Source: Dehalococcoidia bacterium (lineage in GTDB: Bacteria; Chloroflexota; Dehalococcoidia; Dehalococcoidales; W498). Taken from it: a stretch of 64,000 nucleotides of DNA. This document shows positions 58,057 through 64,000 of the stretch, one piece after another. Both the position numbers and the translations under genes were made by a program. The notes beneath the pieces are model-generated. The model searched no databases. It saw only the letters and a list, made by a program, of their open reading frames with translations, and was not told the origin of the DNA. Where the stretch lies: NCBI GenBank assembly GCA_011170285.1, contig DUEE01000002.1, forward strand, positions 64,253 to 128,252, in the 5' to 3' direction. How positions within the stretch are numbered: the first letter of the stretch is position 1; every line of letters starts with the position of its first letter.

Positions 58057-59127
58057 ATGGATATTTTTTCATTGTTTAATTTAGCCAAATCCCAGGGCGC
58101 TTCTGATTTGCATATGGTTGTCTCCAGTCCGCCGCTACTGCGTATTAATGGCTTTCTACGGGTAGTGGATGGTGTGATGCCGCTAACCGCTGATGACATA
58201 AACCAGGCTTTTCTCCAGATAACCACCCCCGAGGAAAGGGAGGAATTCCAGCAGCATCTGGAGCTTGATTTCGGCTATAGCCTGCCTGAAGTTGGTCACC
58301 TCCGCTGTAACGCTGCCCAACAGCGTGGAGCTATCAGCCTGGCGGTGCGTCTGTTGCCGGCCAAAATACCCACCATAGATGAGCTGGAGTTACCCCAGTT
58401 ATGTAAGGAGTTTGCCTTAAAGCAGCGAGGACTGGCAATAGTTACCGGACCTACTGGCAGTGGTAAAAGCACTACCCTGGCAGCTATGGTAAACCACTTA
58501 AATATGAATGAGAGCCGCCATATAGTTACTATTGAGGATCCTATTGAATATGTCCACCCCACTATTAAATGTGCTGTAACCCAGCGCCAGTTAGGCTCTG
58601 ATACTCTATCTTTTGCCACCGCCCTGAGACATGTCTTAAGGCAGGACCCTGATGTCATTCTGGTGGGTGAGATGAGGGATTTAGATACTGCGGCGGCGGT
58701 GCTTACCATAGCTGAGACCGGGCACTTGATACTATCCACTGGTCATGCCCCCAGCGCGGCTCAATCAATGGAGAGAATAATAGATTTATTTCCACCCCAT
58801 GAGCGCCATCTAGCCCAGACACGGCTAGCTTCTTTACTTATTGGTGTGCTATGTCAGACGCTTGTTCCCCGAGTTGACGGCTCGGGGAGGATAGCTGCCG
58901 TTGAGGTTATGATAGCTAATCCAGCGGTGAAGAACCTCATCCGTGAGGGTAAAATCTACCAGTTACCTAATGTAATTCGCACTCATCGGGATATAGGCAT
59001 GATTTCACTAGACGAAGCCCTGGTTGACCTCTATCTTAAGCGGATAATCAATGGCGAAATCCTGCTTGCCTTCTGCAATGACCGCCAAGAGGTAGAAAAG
59101 CTTATCGGCAAGGTAGTGGTGGTGTAA
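58057..59127 (+). CDS. pilT: Type IV pilus retraction ATPase PilT
   Basis: 356 aa with GASDLHM, Walker A GPTGSGKST, DPDVILVGEMRD and GHLILSTGHA. Confidence 0.92.
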   Translation: MDIFSLFNLAKSQGASDLHMVVSSPPLLRINGFLRVVDGVMPLTADDINQAFLQITTPEEREEFQQHLELDFGYSLPEVGHLRCNAAQQRGAISLAVRLLPAKIPTIDELELPQLCKEFALKQRGLAIVTGPTGSGKSTTLAAMVNHLNMNESRHIVTIEDPIEYVHPTIKCAVTQRQLGSDTLSFATALRHVLRQDPDVILVGEMRDLDTAAAVLTIAETGHLILSTGHAPSAAQSMERIIDLFPPHERHLAQTRLASLLIGVLCQTLVPRVDGSGRIAAVEVMIANPAVKNLIREGKIYQLPNVIRTHRDIGMISLDEALVDLYLKRIINGEILLAFCNDRQEVEKLIGKVVVV

Positions 59128-59190
59128 GCTATCAGCTAATGGCTATTAGCTATCTGCTGACTGATGACTGCCGACTGCTAAAAGCTAATA
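59128..59190 (+). repeat. Heptanucleotide tract T1 (9 x GCTNNNN/GNNGACT)
   Basis: gctatca gctaatg gctatta gctatct gctgact gatgact gccgact gctaaaa gctaata. Begins at the nucleotide after the pilT stop. Confidence 0.85.
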
Positions 59191-59365
59191 TTCAGCGAAG
59201 GGGAAGGGTCTCTGAGATTCTTCGTCCTTCTACCGAAGGACTCAGAATGACAAAAACGGGCGGCACCCACCCTCTCGTCATTGCGAGCGAAGCGAAGCAA
59301 TCTCAATTAAAAAGGAAACCCTGAGATTGCCACGTCCTTCTAACGAAGGACTCGCAATGACATTC
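59166..59365 (+). repeat. Direct repeat, left copy (200 bp; contains a family 'A' subfamily 2 nested palindrome)
   Basis: About 95% identical to 60494-720 apart from a ~27-nt indel. Includes GTCATTGCGAG...GCAATCTC-N18-GAGATTGC...CTCGCAATGAC. ORF 59139-59324 is only its translation. Confidence 0.85.
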
Positions 59366-59374
59366 CGGTGAACG

Positions 59375-59486
59375 CTGACTGTTGATAGCTGACCGCTGAC
59401 TATTGACTAATGACTAATCACTATTGACTAATGACTATTGATTGCTGAAAGCTATTAGCTATAAGCTATTTGCTGGCTGCTTAGAT
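59375..59486 (+). repeat. Heptanucleotide tract T2 (16 degenerate units, consensus NTGACTA)
   Basis: ctgactg ttgatag ctgaccg ctgacta ttgacta atgacta atcacta ttgacta atgacta ttgattg ctgaaag ctattag ctataag ctatttg ctggctg cttagat. Confidence 0.85.
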
Positions 59487-59579
59487 ATAGCAAAGCCCAG
59501 TGGCGAGGTAGAAGTAAAACCAACTCCCTTATACTCTCCTTTACAATTTAATCACTCCCAGATATACTACCAGTGGAAA

Positions 59580-59807
59580 ATGGGAAGGAAACTTAGAGGC
59601 ATAAGTGGGCAAGAAGCTATCGAAGCTTTTAAGAAATTTGGCTATAGCCAGAGGAAGGGTAAAGGAAGCCATGTAAATCTGGTTAAGCCTGGAAGCAATA
59701 GGCTGACTATACCGCTCCATACTGAATTAAGCGTGGGGTTATTAGCCAATGAAATAAAAAAGGCTGGTTTAACCGTGGAAGAATTTCAAGAGCTTCTAGG
59801 GAGGTGA
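59580..59807 (+). CDS. hicA: HicA-family toxin (pair 3)
   Basis: From M47 of the track ORF: MGRKLRGISGQEAIEAFKKFGYSQRKGKGSHVNLVKPG... The upstream part of the track ORF is a translated heptamer tract. Confidence 0.85.
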   Translation: MGRKLRGISGQEAIEAFKKFGYSQRKGKGSHVNLVKPGSNRLTIPLHTELSVGLLANEIKKAGLTVEEFQELLGR

Positions 59808-59810
59808 CAA

Positions 59811-60035
59811 ATGGAGGCTATGGAATATACAGTGATTTTGCACTGGGATGAAGAATATAACGGTTACTGGATAGAAGTACCGGCATTACCTGGCTGTGTC
59901 TCCCAGGGTAAAAGCAAAGAGGAGGCGTTAGCTAATATCAAAGAAGCTATTGAACTACACCTTGAGTGTTTGGAAGAAGACGGCGAGGTCATACCCAAGG
60001 AAGAATCTTACCGAATAGCTGTAGCTGCCAAATAA
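59811..60035 (+). CDS. hicB: HicB-family antitoxin (pair 3)
   Basis: 74 aa with YTVILHWDEEYNGYWIEVPALPGCVSQGKSKEEALANIKEAIELHLE. Confidence 0.88.
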   Translation: MEAMEYTVILHWDEEYNGYWIEVPALPGCVSQGKSKEEALANIKEAIELHLECLEEDGEVIPKEESYRIAVAAK

Positions 60036-60049
60036 GCTCTCGGCAATTG

Positions 60050-60120
60050 GCTATCAGCTTTAAGCTTTAATGCTTTCAGCATTTAGCAGTCGGCAGTCAG
60101 CAGTCGGCAGTTAGCTCCAA
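60050..60120 (+). repeat. Heptanucleotide tract T3 (10 units; its GCAGTCG part is the reverse complement of the T4/T5 units)
   Basis: gctatca gctttaa gctttaa (t) gctttca gcattta gcagtcg gcagtca gcagtcg gcagtta gctccaa. Ends 1 nt before the four-helix-bundle GTG start. Confidence 0.85.
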
Positions 60121-60121
60121 A

Positions 60122-60481
60122 GTGAAAGATTTCAAAGAACTGGAAGTATGGGTTAAGGCTCATCAGTTGACTCTGGCGGTCTATGAGGCTACCCAGACGT
60201 TCCCCCGTTATGAATTTTATGGACTGACAAGTCAAATCAGGCGTTCATGTGCTTCCATACCAGCCAATATTGCGGAAGGTTGCGGCCGAAGTGGAGATGC
60301 CGAGCTGGCTCGCTTCCTCCAGATTGCGATGGGTTCGGCAAGCGAGCTTGAATATCACATTCTGCTGGCTCGTGACCTCAGCTTACTCAACAGCCTAGCC
60401 TATGACCACCTGGCTAGTGATGTGACCGTGGTAAAACGCATGCTGGCGTCATTTATCAAGAAGCTGAAAGCTGACTACTGA
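60122..60481 (+). CDS. Four-helix-bundle protein (23S rRNA IVS protein / Avd-like family)
   Basis: 119 aa. FKELEVWVKAHQLTLAVYEATQTFPRYEFYGLTSQIRRSCASIPANIAEGCGR matches the family pattern (TIGR02436-like). GTG start. Confidence 0.85.
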   Translation: MKDFKELEVWVKAHQLTLAVYEATQTFPRYEFYGLTSQIRRSCASIPANIAEGCGRSGDAELARFLQIAMGSASELEYHILLARDLSLLNSLAYDHLASDVTVVKRMLASFIKKLKADY

Positions 60482-60518
60482 CTGCCGACTGCCGACTGCC
60501 GACTGCTAAAAGCTATTA
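60463..60518 (+). repeat. Heptanucleotide tract T4 (8 units), overlapping the last codons of the four-helix-bundle ORF
   Basis: gctgaaa gctgact actgact gccgact gccgact gccgact gctaaaa gctatta. The stop TGA (60479-81) lies inside the tract. Confidence 0.85.
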
Positions 60519-60720
60519 TTCAGCGAAGGGGAAGCGTCTCTGAGATTCTTCGTCCTTCTACCGAAGGACTCAGAATGACAAAAATGGGCGGCACTCACCC
60601 TCTCGTCATTGCGATGAGCCGAAGCCCTGAGCGTAGCGAAGGGAAAGCGAAGCAATCTCAATTAAAAAGGAAACCATGAGATTGCCACGTCCTTCTAACG
60701 AAGGACTCGCAATGACATTC
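60494..60720 (+). repeat. Direct repeat, right copy (227 bp)
   Basis: Collinear with 59166-59365 and carries an extra GAGCCGAAGCCCTGAGCGTAGCGAAGGGAA-like insert. Confidence 0.85.
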
Positions 60721-60721
60721 G

Positions 60722-60819
60722 GCTGACTACTGACTCCCGACTGTTGACTGTTTACCGCTGACTGCCGACTGCCGACTGCTGACTGCCGACTGCCGACTGC
60801 CGACTGCTAAAAGCTAATA
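60722..60819 (+). repeat. Heptanucleotide tract T5 (14 units, mostly GCCGACT/GCTGACT)
   Basis: gctgact actgact cccgact gttgact gtttacc gctgact gccgact gccgact gctgact gccgact gccgact gccgact gctaaaa gctaata. Confidence 0.88.
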
Positions 60820-60823
60820 CATA

Positions 60824-60866
60824 GAAAAGCTCATCGGTAAATCGCTGCTAAACATTACCGATGAGC
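60824..60866 (-). terminator. Rho-independent terminator of pilA
   Basis: A 12-bp perfect stem GCTCATCGGTAA/TTACCGATGAGC with a 14-nt loop, followed on the minus strand by UUUUC. Lies 85 nt past the pilA stop. Confidence 0.6.
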
Positions 60867-60951
60867 CTTATCTAACCGATTCTTACTCCTGGCTACGCCT
60901 GCTTATTCCGGCACAACTCACTATAGCTGTAATCCAACTATTTTAAAGCTA

Positions 60952-61332
60952 TTAGGCTTTGGCGCCTTGAGTTGTCACGCCATCAATCAAAATAGTATAT
61001 GTGTATTCAGTCGGGTTTAGTAGGTACTTTTGCGGGTCATTAACAGCAGTAACACCAGTAGGGTCTAGCTGCGCGGCGGTATAAGTCACTATAACCGGAC
61101 TCATACCGGCAGCTGTCCCCTCAACCATTGCCGCCGTTACTGCTACCAGCACATTAGCCAGTTCCGTCTCAGCCGCCTCTGATTCACCACTGCCAATAAA
61201 CCGGGCGACGGCAGGGATGGCTACTGCTGCCAGGACACCCAGAATAGCTACTACCACCAGCAGCTCAATCAGTGTGAAACCCTTCTCACCATAACGAAAC
61301 GATTTCTTGAACTTACTTATAAACCTCCTCAT
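60952..61332 (-). CDS. pilA: Major type IV pilin candidate (prepilin-type N-terminal domain)
   Basis: 126 aa with leader ...RYGEKG/FTLIELLVVVAILGVLAAVAIP. Strong SD (AAGGAAGGAGG). Small size and a dedicated terminator suggest the major subunit. Confidence 0.82.
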   Translation of the reverse strand: MRRFISKFKKSFRYGEKGFTLIELLVVVAILGVLAAVAIPAVARFIGSGESEAAETELANVLVAVTAAMVEGTAAGMSPVIVTYTAAQLDPTGVTAVNDPQKYLLNPTEYTYTILIDGVTTQGAKA

Positions 61333-61542
61333 TTTTTTCGCCTCCTTCCTTCGTTATTTAAAAGTATTTCCAGTAACTTATTGTATTGTATAGCTCACTT
61401 TCTCTATATTATATTTCCCCCTTTCCTTGTTATTTTAATTTACTTTAGGCAAAGTATAGTTAGTTAAGTTTATGATATAACCTATACCTATTCTAAGTCA
61501 ATAGTCCATTAGTAATAGGTATATTGGTGCCAAACGTCCACA

Positions 61543-61612
61543 GGAAAGATTAAAAGTTAAAGACCAAGAACAAAAATAAAGGATTAAAAACTAAAAATAA
61601 AAATGTAAAATC
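61543..61612 (+). repeat. AT-rich repeat copy 4
   Basis: GGAAAGATTAAAAGTTAAAGACC...CTAAAAATAAAAATGTAAAATC. It has the same (+) polarity as copies 1-3, although the adjacent hicAB pair is on the minus strand. Confidence 0.6.
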
Positions 61613-61684
61613 TGAAGTAAATTTTAACATTTAGCTTTTGATATTTAATTTACCAAGCGGTTGGCTCCAGCATAATAAACCATC

Positions 61685-61909
61685 TTACCCTTTCACCAAC
61701 TGAATAAATTCATCAATACTTATATCAGCGGTGCGAAGTATGGCTCGCATAGTGCCCCTATCTAGCTTATTATGTTTGGGAACGGTGACTGGCCTCCTCC
61801 CGGGACATCTCATCCTGACATGACTTCCCCTGGTTCGAGCTACCCTGTAGCCAATTCGCTCAAGGGCTGAGATGCATTGGTCGCCCGAAACAATCGGTAG
61901 CTCTGGCAT
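61685..61909 (-). CDS. hicA: HicA-family toxin (pair 4)
   Basis: 74 aa with VSGDQCISALERIGYRVARTRGSHVRM. TGATG overlap with hicB. Confidence 0.85.
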   Translation of the reverse strand: MPELPIVSGDQCISALERIGYRVARTRGSHVRMRCPGRRPVTVPKHNKLDRGTMRAILRTADISIDEFIQLVKG

Positions 61910-62139
61910 CAGGTGCCAATCTCAACCTGATCAAGAACATATTCCATGGGTAGAGTCCAGCCTTCCTCTTCCATACTTTCCAGGCAGAGCTCAGCAGCTT
62001 CTTTAATGTTGACTAGAGCCTCCTCTTTAGTCCTCCCCTGTGAAATGCAGCCGGGGACTACTGGTATCTCGGCTACAAAATAACCATCTTCCCCCACTGT
62101 GATAACAACAGGCAGCTTCATTTCTCTTACCTCCCCCAT
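61909..62139 (-). CDS. hicB: HicB-family antitoxin (pair 4)
   Basis: 76 aa with VVITVGEDGYFVAEIPVVPGCISQGRTKEEALVNIKEAAELCLE. Confidence 0.85.
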   Translation of the reverse strand: MGEVREMKLPVVITVGEDGYFVAEIPVVPGCISQGRTKEEALVNIKEAAELCLESMEEEGWTLPMEYVLDQVEIGT

Positions 62140-62245
62140 ATAAATATTAATAATTAAAGACTAAAAACCAGAAACTTAAATTGTTTTAAACATTTGAGTT
62201 TTGAATTTGTTTAGAGTTTAGAAATTAGGATCTAGAATTTATGTC

Positions 62246-63613
62246 TTAGCTAGATGGCTCCAGATCGTTAACCTCAAAGACCTTGATTTTCTGCCTCTGG
62301 GCAAACTGGCGGGCTTCCTGGGTAAGCCCGGGAACGGCAATAAAGACCTTAGCTAGAATACCTATATCATAAGCCTTATCATCAAAATCAAATACCTTCT
62401 CTAATCCCACCGCCTCCTCAGCTAGCTCAATGCCGACAACAACACGATGAGTAATGATGGCGTCATCCCTGGTAGCCAGTATGTCTATACTGTGTTCTGC
62501 CCCTGACCTGCCTGTAACCTCAGTATTTTCCTCTATTTCGTAGTCTTGCTGCTTTAAGTATTCTATAAACTGTGACTTGGAGTTAAATTCAAAGGGCTCT
62601 CTTTTTACCCCCTCGCTGGGCTTGGGGACACCGCCAGCCAGCACCGTCTCCAAATCCTTAACTCCAAGTACATTTATTCTCTGCAGACTGGCATATTTCT
62701 CCGCCTCTTTGCCTAAAGCGGGGGCAACAACCAGAATTTTATCGTGAATACCTATATCATAGGCTATATCATCAAAGTTAAATATCTCTCCCAGCCCTAT
62801 CTCATCTCCAGCCACCTTAATCCCAATAGCGATATTACAAGTAATAACACCATCATCCCTGGTAGCCAGTATATCTATACTGTGTTTTGCCCCTGACCTG
62901 CCTTTAACCTCTGCATTTTCCTTTACTTCATAGCCGCGCTTTTTCAAAAATTCTATGAGTTGTGATTTGGGCTTAAGTTCAAATTCCAGCCAGCCTCTCT
63001 TTGCCTCATTGAAACGATAAGAATAGACATTTACCTCACTAACACCATCCTCAGCGGTAAGCGACGAGCATTTCAGGCAGCGCCATTTTATTATGGGTAT
63101 GTTGAATACCTCATCGCAATCGCGGCACTTGCGCAGCATCCCCAGGCTACGGTAGTCACTGCCAATAGTCCGTAGCTCCTGCCCACACTTGGGGCATATA
63201 TACCTACCTTTGTGGATAAACTCGGCTTCAAGCCCAACATATTTACAGACAAAGTGCTCAAATACCCTGCCCCGGGGAATATTCCCTGAGCCACACTTAG
63301 GACAACGGGTAGAGGGTCTCAAAACTACCGACAGACACTGGGGACAGTGAATGAACTTATCAAAGAACTCCCTTTTCACTATACCCTTATCAGCCAGTAA
63401 TTCTAAAGTTGATACCACTTCCCCTCCCTTAACGGCTAATACTTGCTCAACTGCTGGATAGATGAAGCCCAGTTCACTGGTGAAATCAAGCTCCGGTCTA
63501 ATATCAACAATCCTCCCCGCTAGCATTTCTGCCCCCAGTCTCATTGCCTTTTCATTCTGCTCAATTTGTGTGGCTGGGGTAGTATTATTTACAGGCTCAT
63601 TTACTTCAGCCAA
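62246..63613 (-). CDS. Multi-zinc-ribbon protein with two C-terminal copies of the PilB N-terminal module
   Basis: 455 aa. Residues ~30-85 are a possible winged-helix region. Residues 90-182 carry five CxxC pairs (C90/93, C104/107, C140/143, C163/166, C179/182). Residues 216-322 and 346-452 are the module GY/DYE[VI].EN.EV.GRSGA.HSIDILATRDD...AYDIGI..K[IV]...P.L..EA..[YF]A..Q.I.V. Confidence 0.7.
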   Translation of the reverse strand: MAEVNEPVNNTTPATQIEQNEKAMRLGAEMLAGRIVDIRPELDFTSELGFIYPAVEQVLAVKGGEVVSTLELLADKGIVKREFFDKFIHCPQCLSVVLRPSTRCPKCGSGNIPRGRVFEHFVCKYVGLEAEFIHKGRYICPKCGQELRTIGSDYRSLGMLRKCRDCDEVFNIPIIKWRCLKCSSLTAEDGVSEVNVYSYRFNEAKRGWLEFELKPKSQLIEFLKKRGYEVKENAEVKGRSGAKHSIDILATRDDGVITCNIAIGIKVAGDEIGLGEIFNFDDIAYDIGIHDKILVVAPALGKEAEKYASLQRINVLGVKDLETVLAGGVPKPSEGVKREPFEFNSKSQFIEYLKQQDYEIEENTEVTGRSGAEHSIDILATRDDAIITHRVVVGIELAEEAVGLEKVFDFDDKAYDIGILAKVFIAVPGLTQEARQFAQRQKIKVFEVNDLEPSS

Positions 63614-63695
63614 GCTCTTCCTCCATACAATTTATTACATAACTCATTAAAAGAAGTATAATTAGCCAAATAGTAAAAGTCAATAGGGTATTAGT

Positions 63696-63776
63696 CTACC
63701 TCTCACCCCCTAACCCCCTCTCTCCTTCAAAGGAAAGAGGGGGTATATTTTACAAAGAGGGGCTTACGCCCCTCTT
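63696..63776 (-). repeat. Composite repeat 'B' copy 3 (inverted orientation)
   Basis: CTACCTCTCACCCCCTAACCCCCTCTCTCCTTCAAAGGAAAGAGGGGG ... AAGAGGGGCttaCGCCCCTCTT is the reverse-oriented counterpart of 15521-15595. Confidence 0.7.
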
Positions 63777-63813
63777 GAACACCTCGTCAGTAAATAGCCT
63801 CTTATTGGCTGGA

Positions 63814-63842
63814 TTGACAAAAAGAGCCCAGCTATCTAAAAT
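63814..63842 (+). promoter_or_regulatory. Candidate sigma-70 promoter
   Basis: TTGACA-17 nt-TAAAAT, about 110 nt upstream of the ATG at 63955. Confidence 0.45.
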
Positions 63843-63954
63843 GCCCATCACTAACTTGTATGAACTAAGGGCTGAAGTGCTAGATATACGAGAACCGGAT
63901 GAATCAGTGTTGGTCAGAACTTAGTCAGCAAAACGATAAAGGAGAGTATTAAAA

Positions 63955-64000
63955 ATGTTAGAGTCATTAATGACGACAAATGTACTACTCGCTCTCATAG
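63955..64000 (+). CDS. Start of an unidentified gene (hydrophobic N-terminus), runs off the window
   Basis: AAAGGAGAG followed 8 nt later by ATG, giving MLESLMTTNVLLALI... Confidence 0.35.
   Translation, partial: MLESLMTTNVLLALI

Noticed and set aside
59139-59324. 61-aa ORF (MAISYLLTDDCRLLK...)
   Set aside because: It is a translation of the heptamer tract plus the MITE-like repeat. The same 'protein' would recur at 60.5 kb, and there is no SD.
59128-60819. Repeat-dense region considered as a possible CRISPR array
   Set aside because: The repeat units are 7 nt in tandem with no unique spacers. The larger repeats are 200-bp duplications and palindromic MITE-like elements. There is no 24-48-nt repeat/spacer alternation and there are no cas genes.
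61512-61535. TGGCAC motif upstream of pilA (minus strand: TGGCACCAATATACCT) considered as a sigma-54 promoter
   Set aside because: The -24 GG is present, but the -12 element reads TACC instead of TTGC (GC replaced by CC). It lies ~190 nt from the ATG, and no EBP or rpoN gene is visible. The match is too weak to call.
54313-62245. hicAB and four-helix-bundle cassettes considered as an integron-like cassette array
   Set aside because: No IntI-type integrase is present. The inter-cassette repeats do not show attC-like R''/L''-L'/R' cores (RYYYAAC/GTTRRRY). Cassette orientations are mixed.

Overview
Bacterial chromosomal window. Gene content and order suggest a monoderm Chloroflexota/Dehalococcoidia-like organism, but this taxonomic guess is unverified. 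Positions 1-42.7 kb are mostly core housekeeping genes: the complete F1Fo ATP synthase operon (minus strand), ppsA, a dGTPase-like HD protein, dnaG-rpoD, an SbcC/Rad50-like ATPase, uvrA, comM, the rplL-rplJ-rplA-rplK-nusG-secE-rpmG-tuf block with five tRNAs, rnc, a PflX-like radical SAM enzyme, acyP, pepA, plsY, degV, padR and fabF. Small lineage-specific insertions interrupt this backbone: a possible HEPN-like ORF after rpoD, a small-ORF islet between uvrA and comM, and two decayed hicB genes inside the tRNA cluster. Positions 43.3-63.6 kb hold a type IV pilus (T4P) locus: pilB, pilC, two pseudopilins, a large PilX-like protein, a pilO-like gene, a pilM-pilN fusion, pilT and a convergent pilA. 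An E/K-repeat protein, an Ig-repeat surface protein, an Xis-like HTH protein and an orphan LuxR response regulator precede it. The most unusual observation is an unassigned module of about 105 aa that occurs four times. Two copies form an N-terminal extension of PilB. Two more sit at the C-terminus of a multi-zinc-ribbon protein at the far edge of the locus. The pilus locus is also interrupted by four intact hicAB pairs, an Avd-like four-helix-bundle gene, tracts of 7-nt tandem repeats, AT-rich repeat leaders, 200-bp direct repeats and MITE-like nested palindromes. No rRNA, CRISPR array, transposase, integrase or reverse transcriptase was seen. All functional calls come from reading motifs in the supplied translations; no database search was run.
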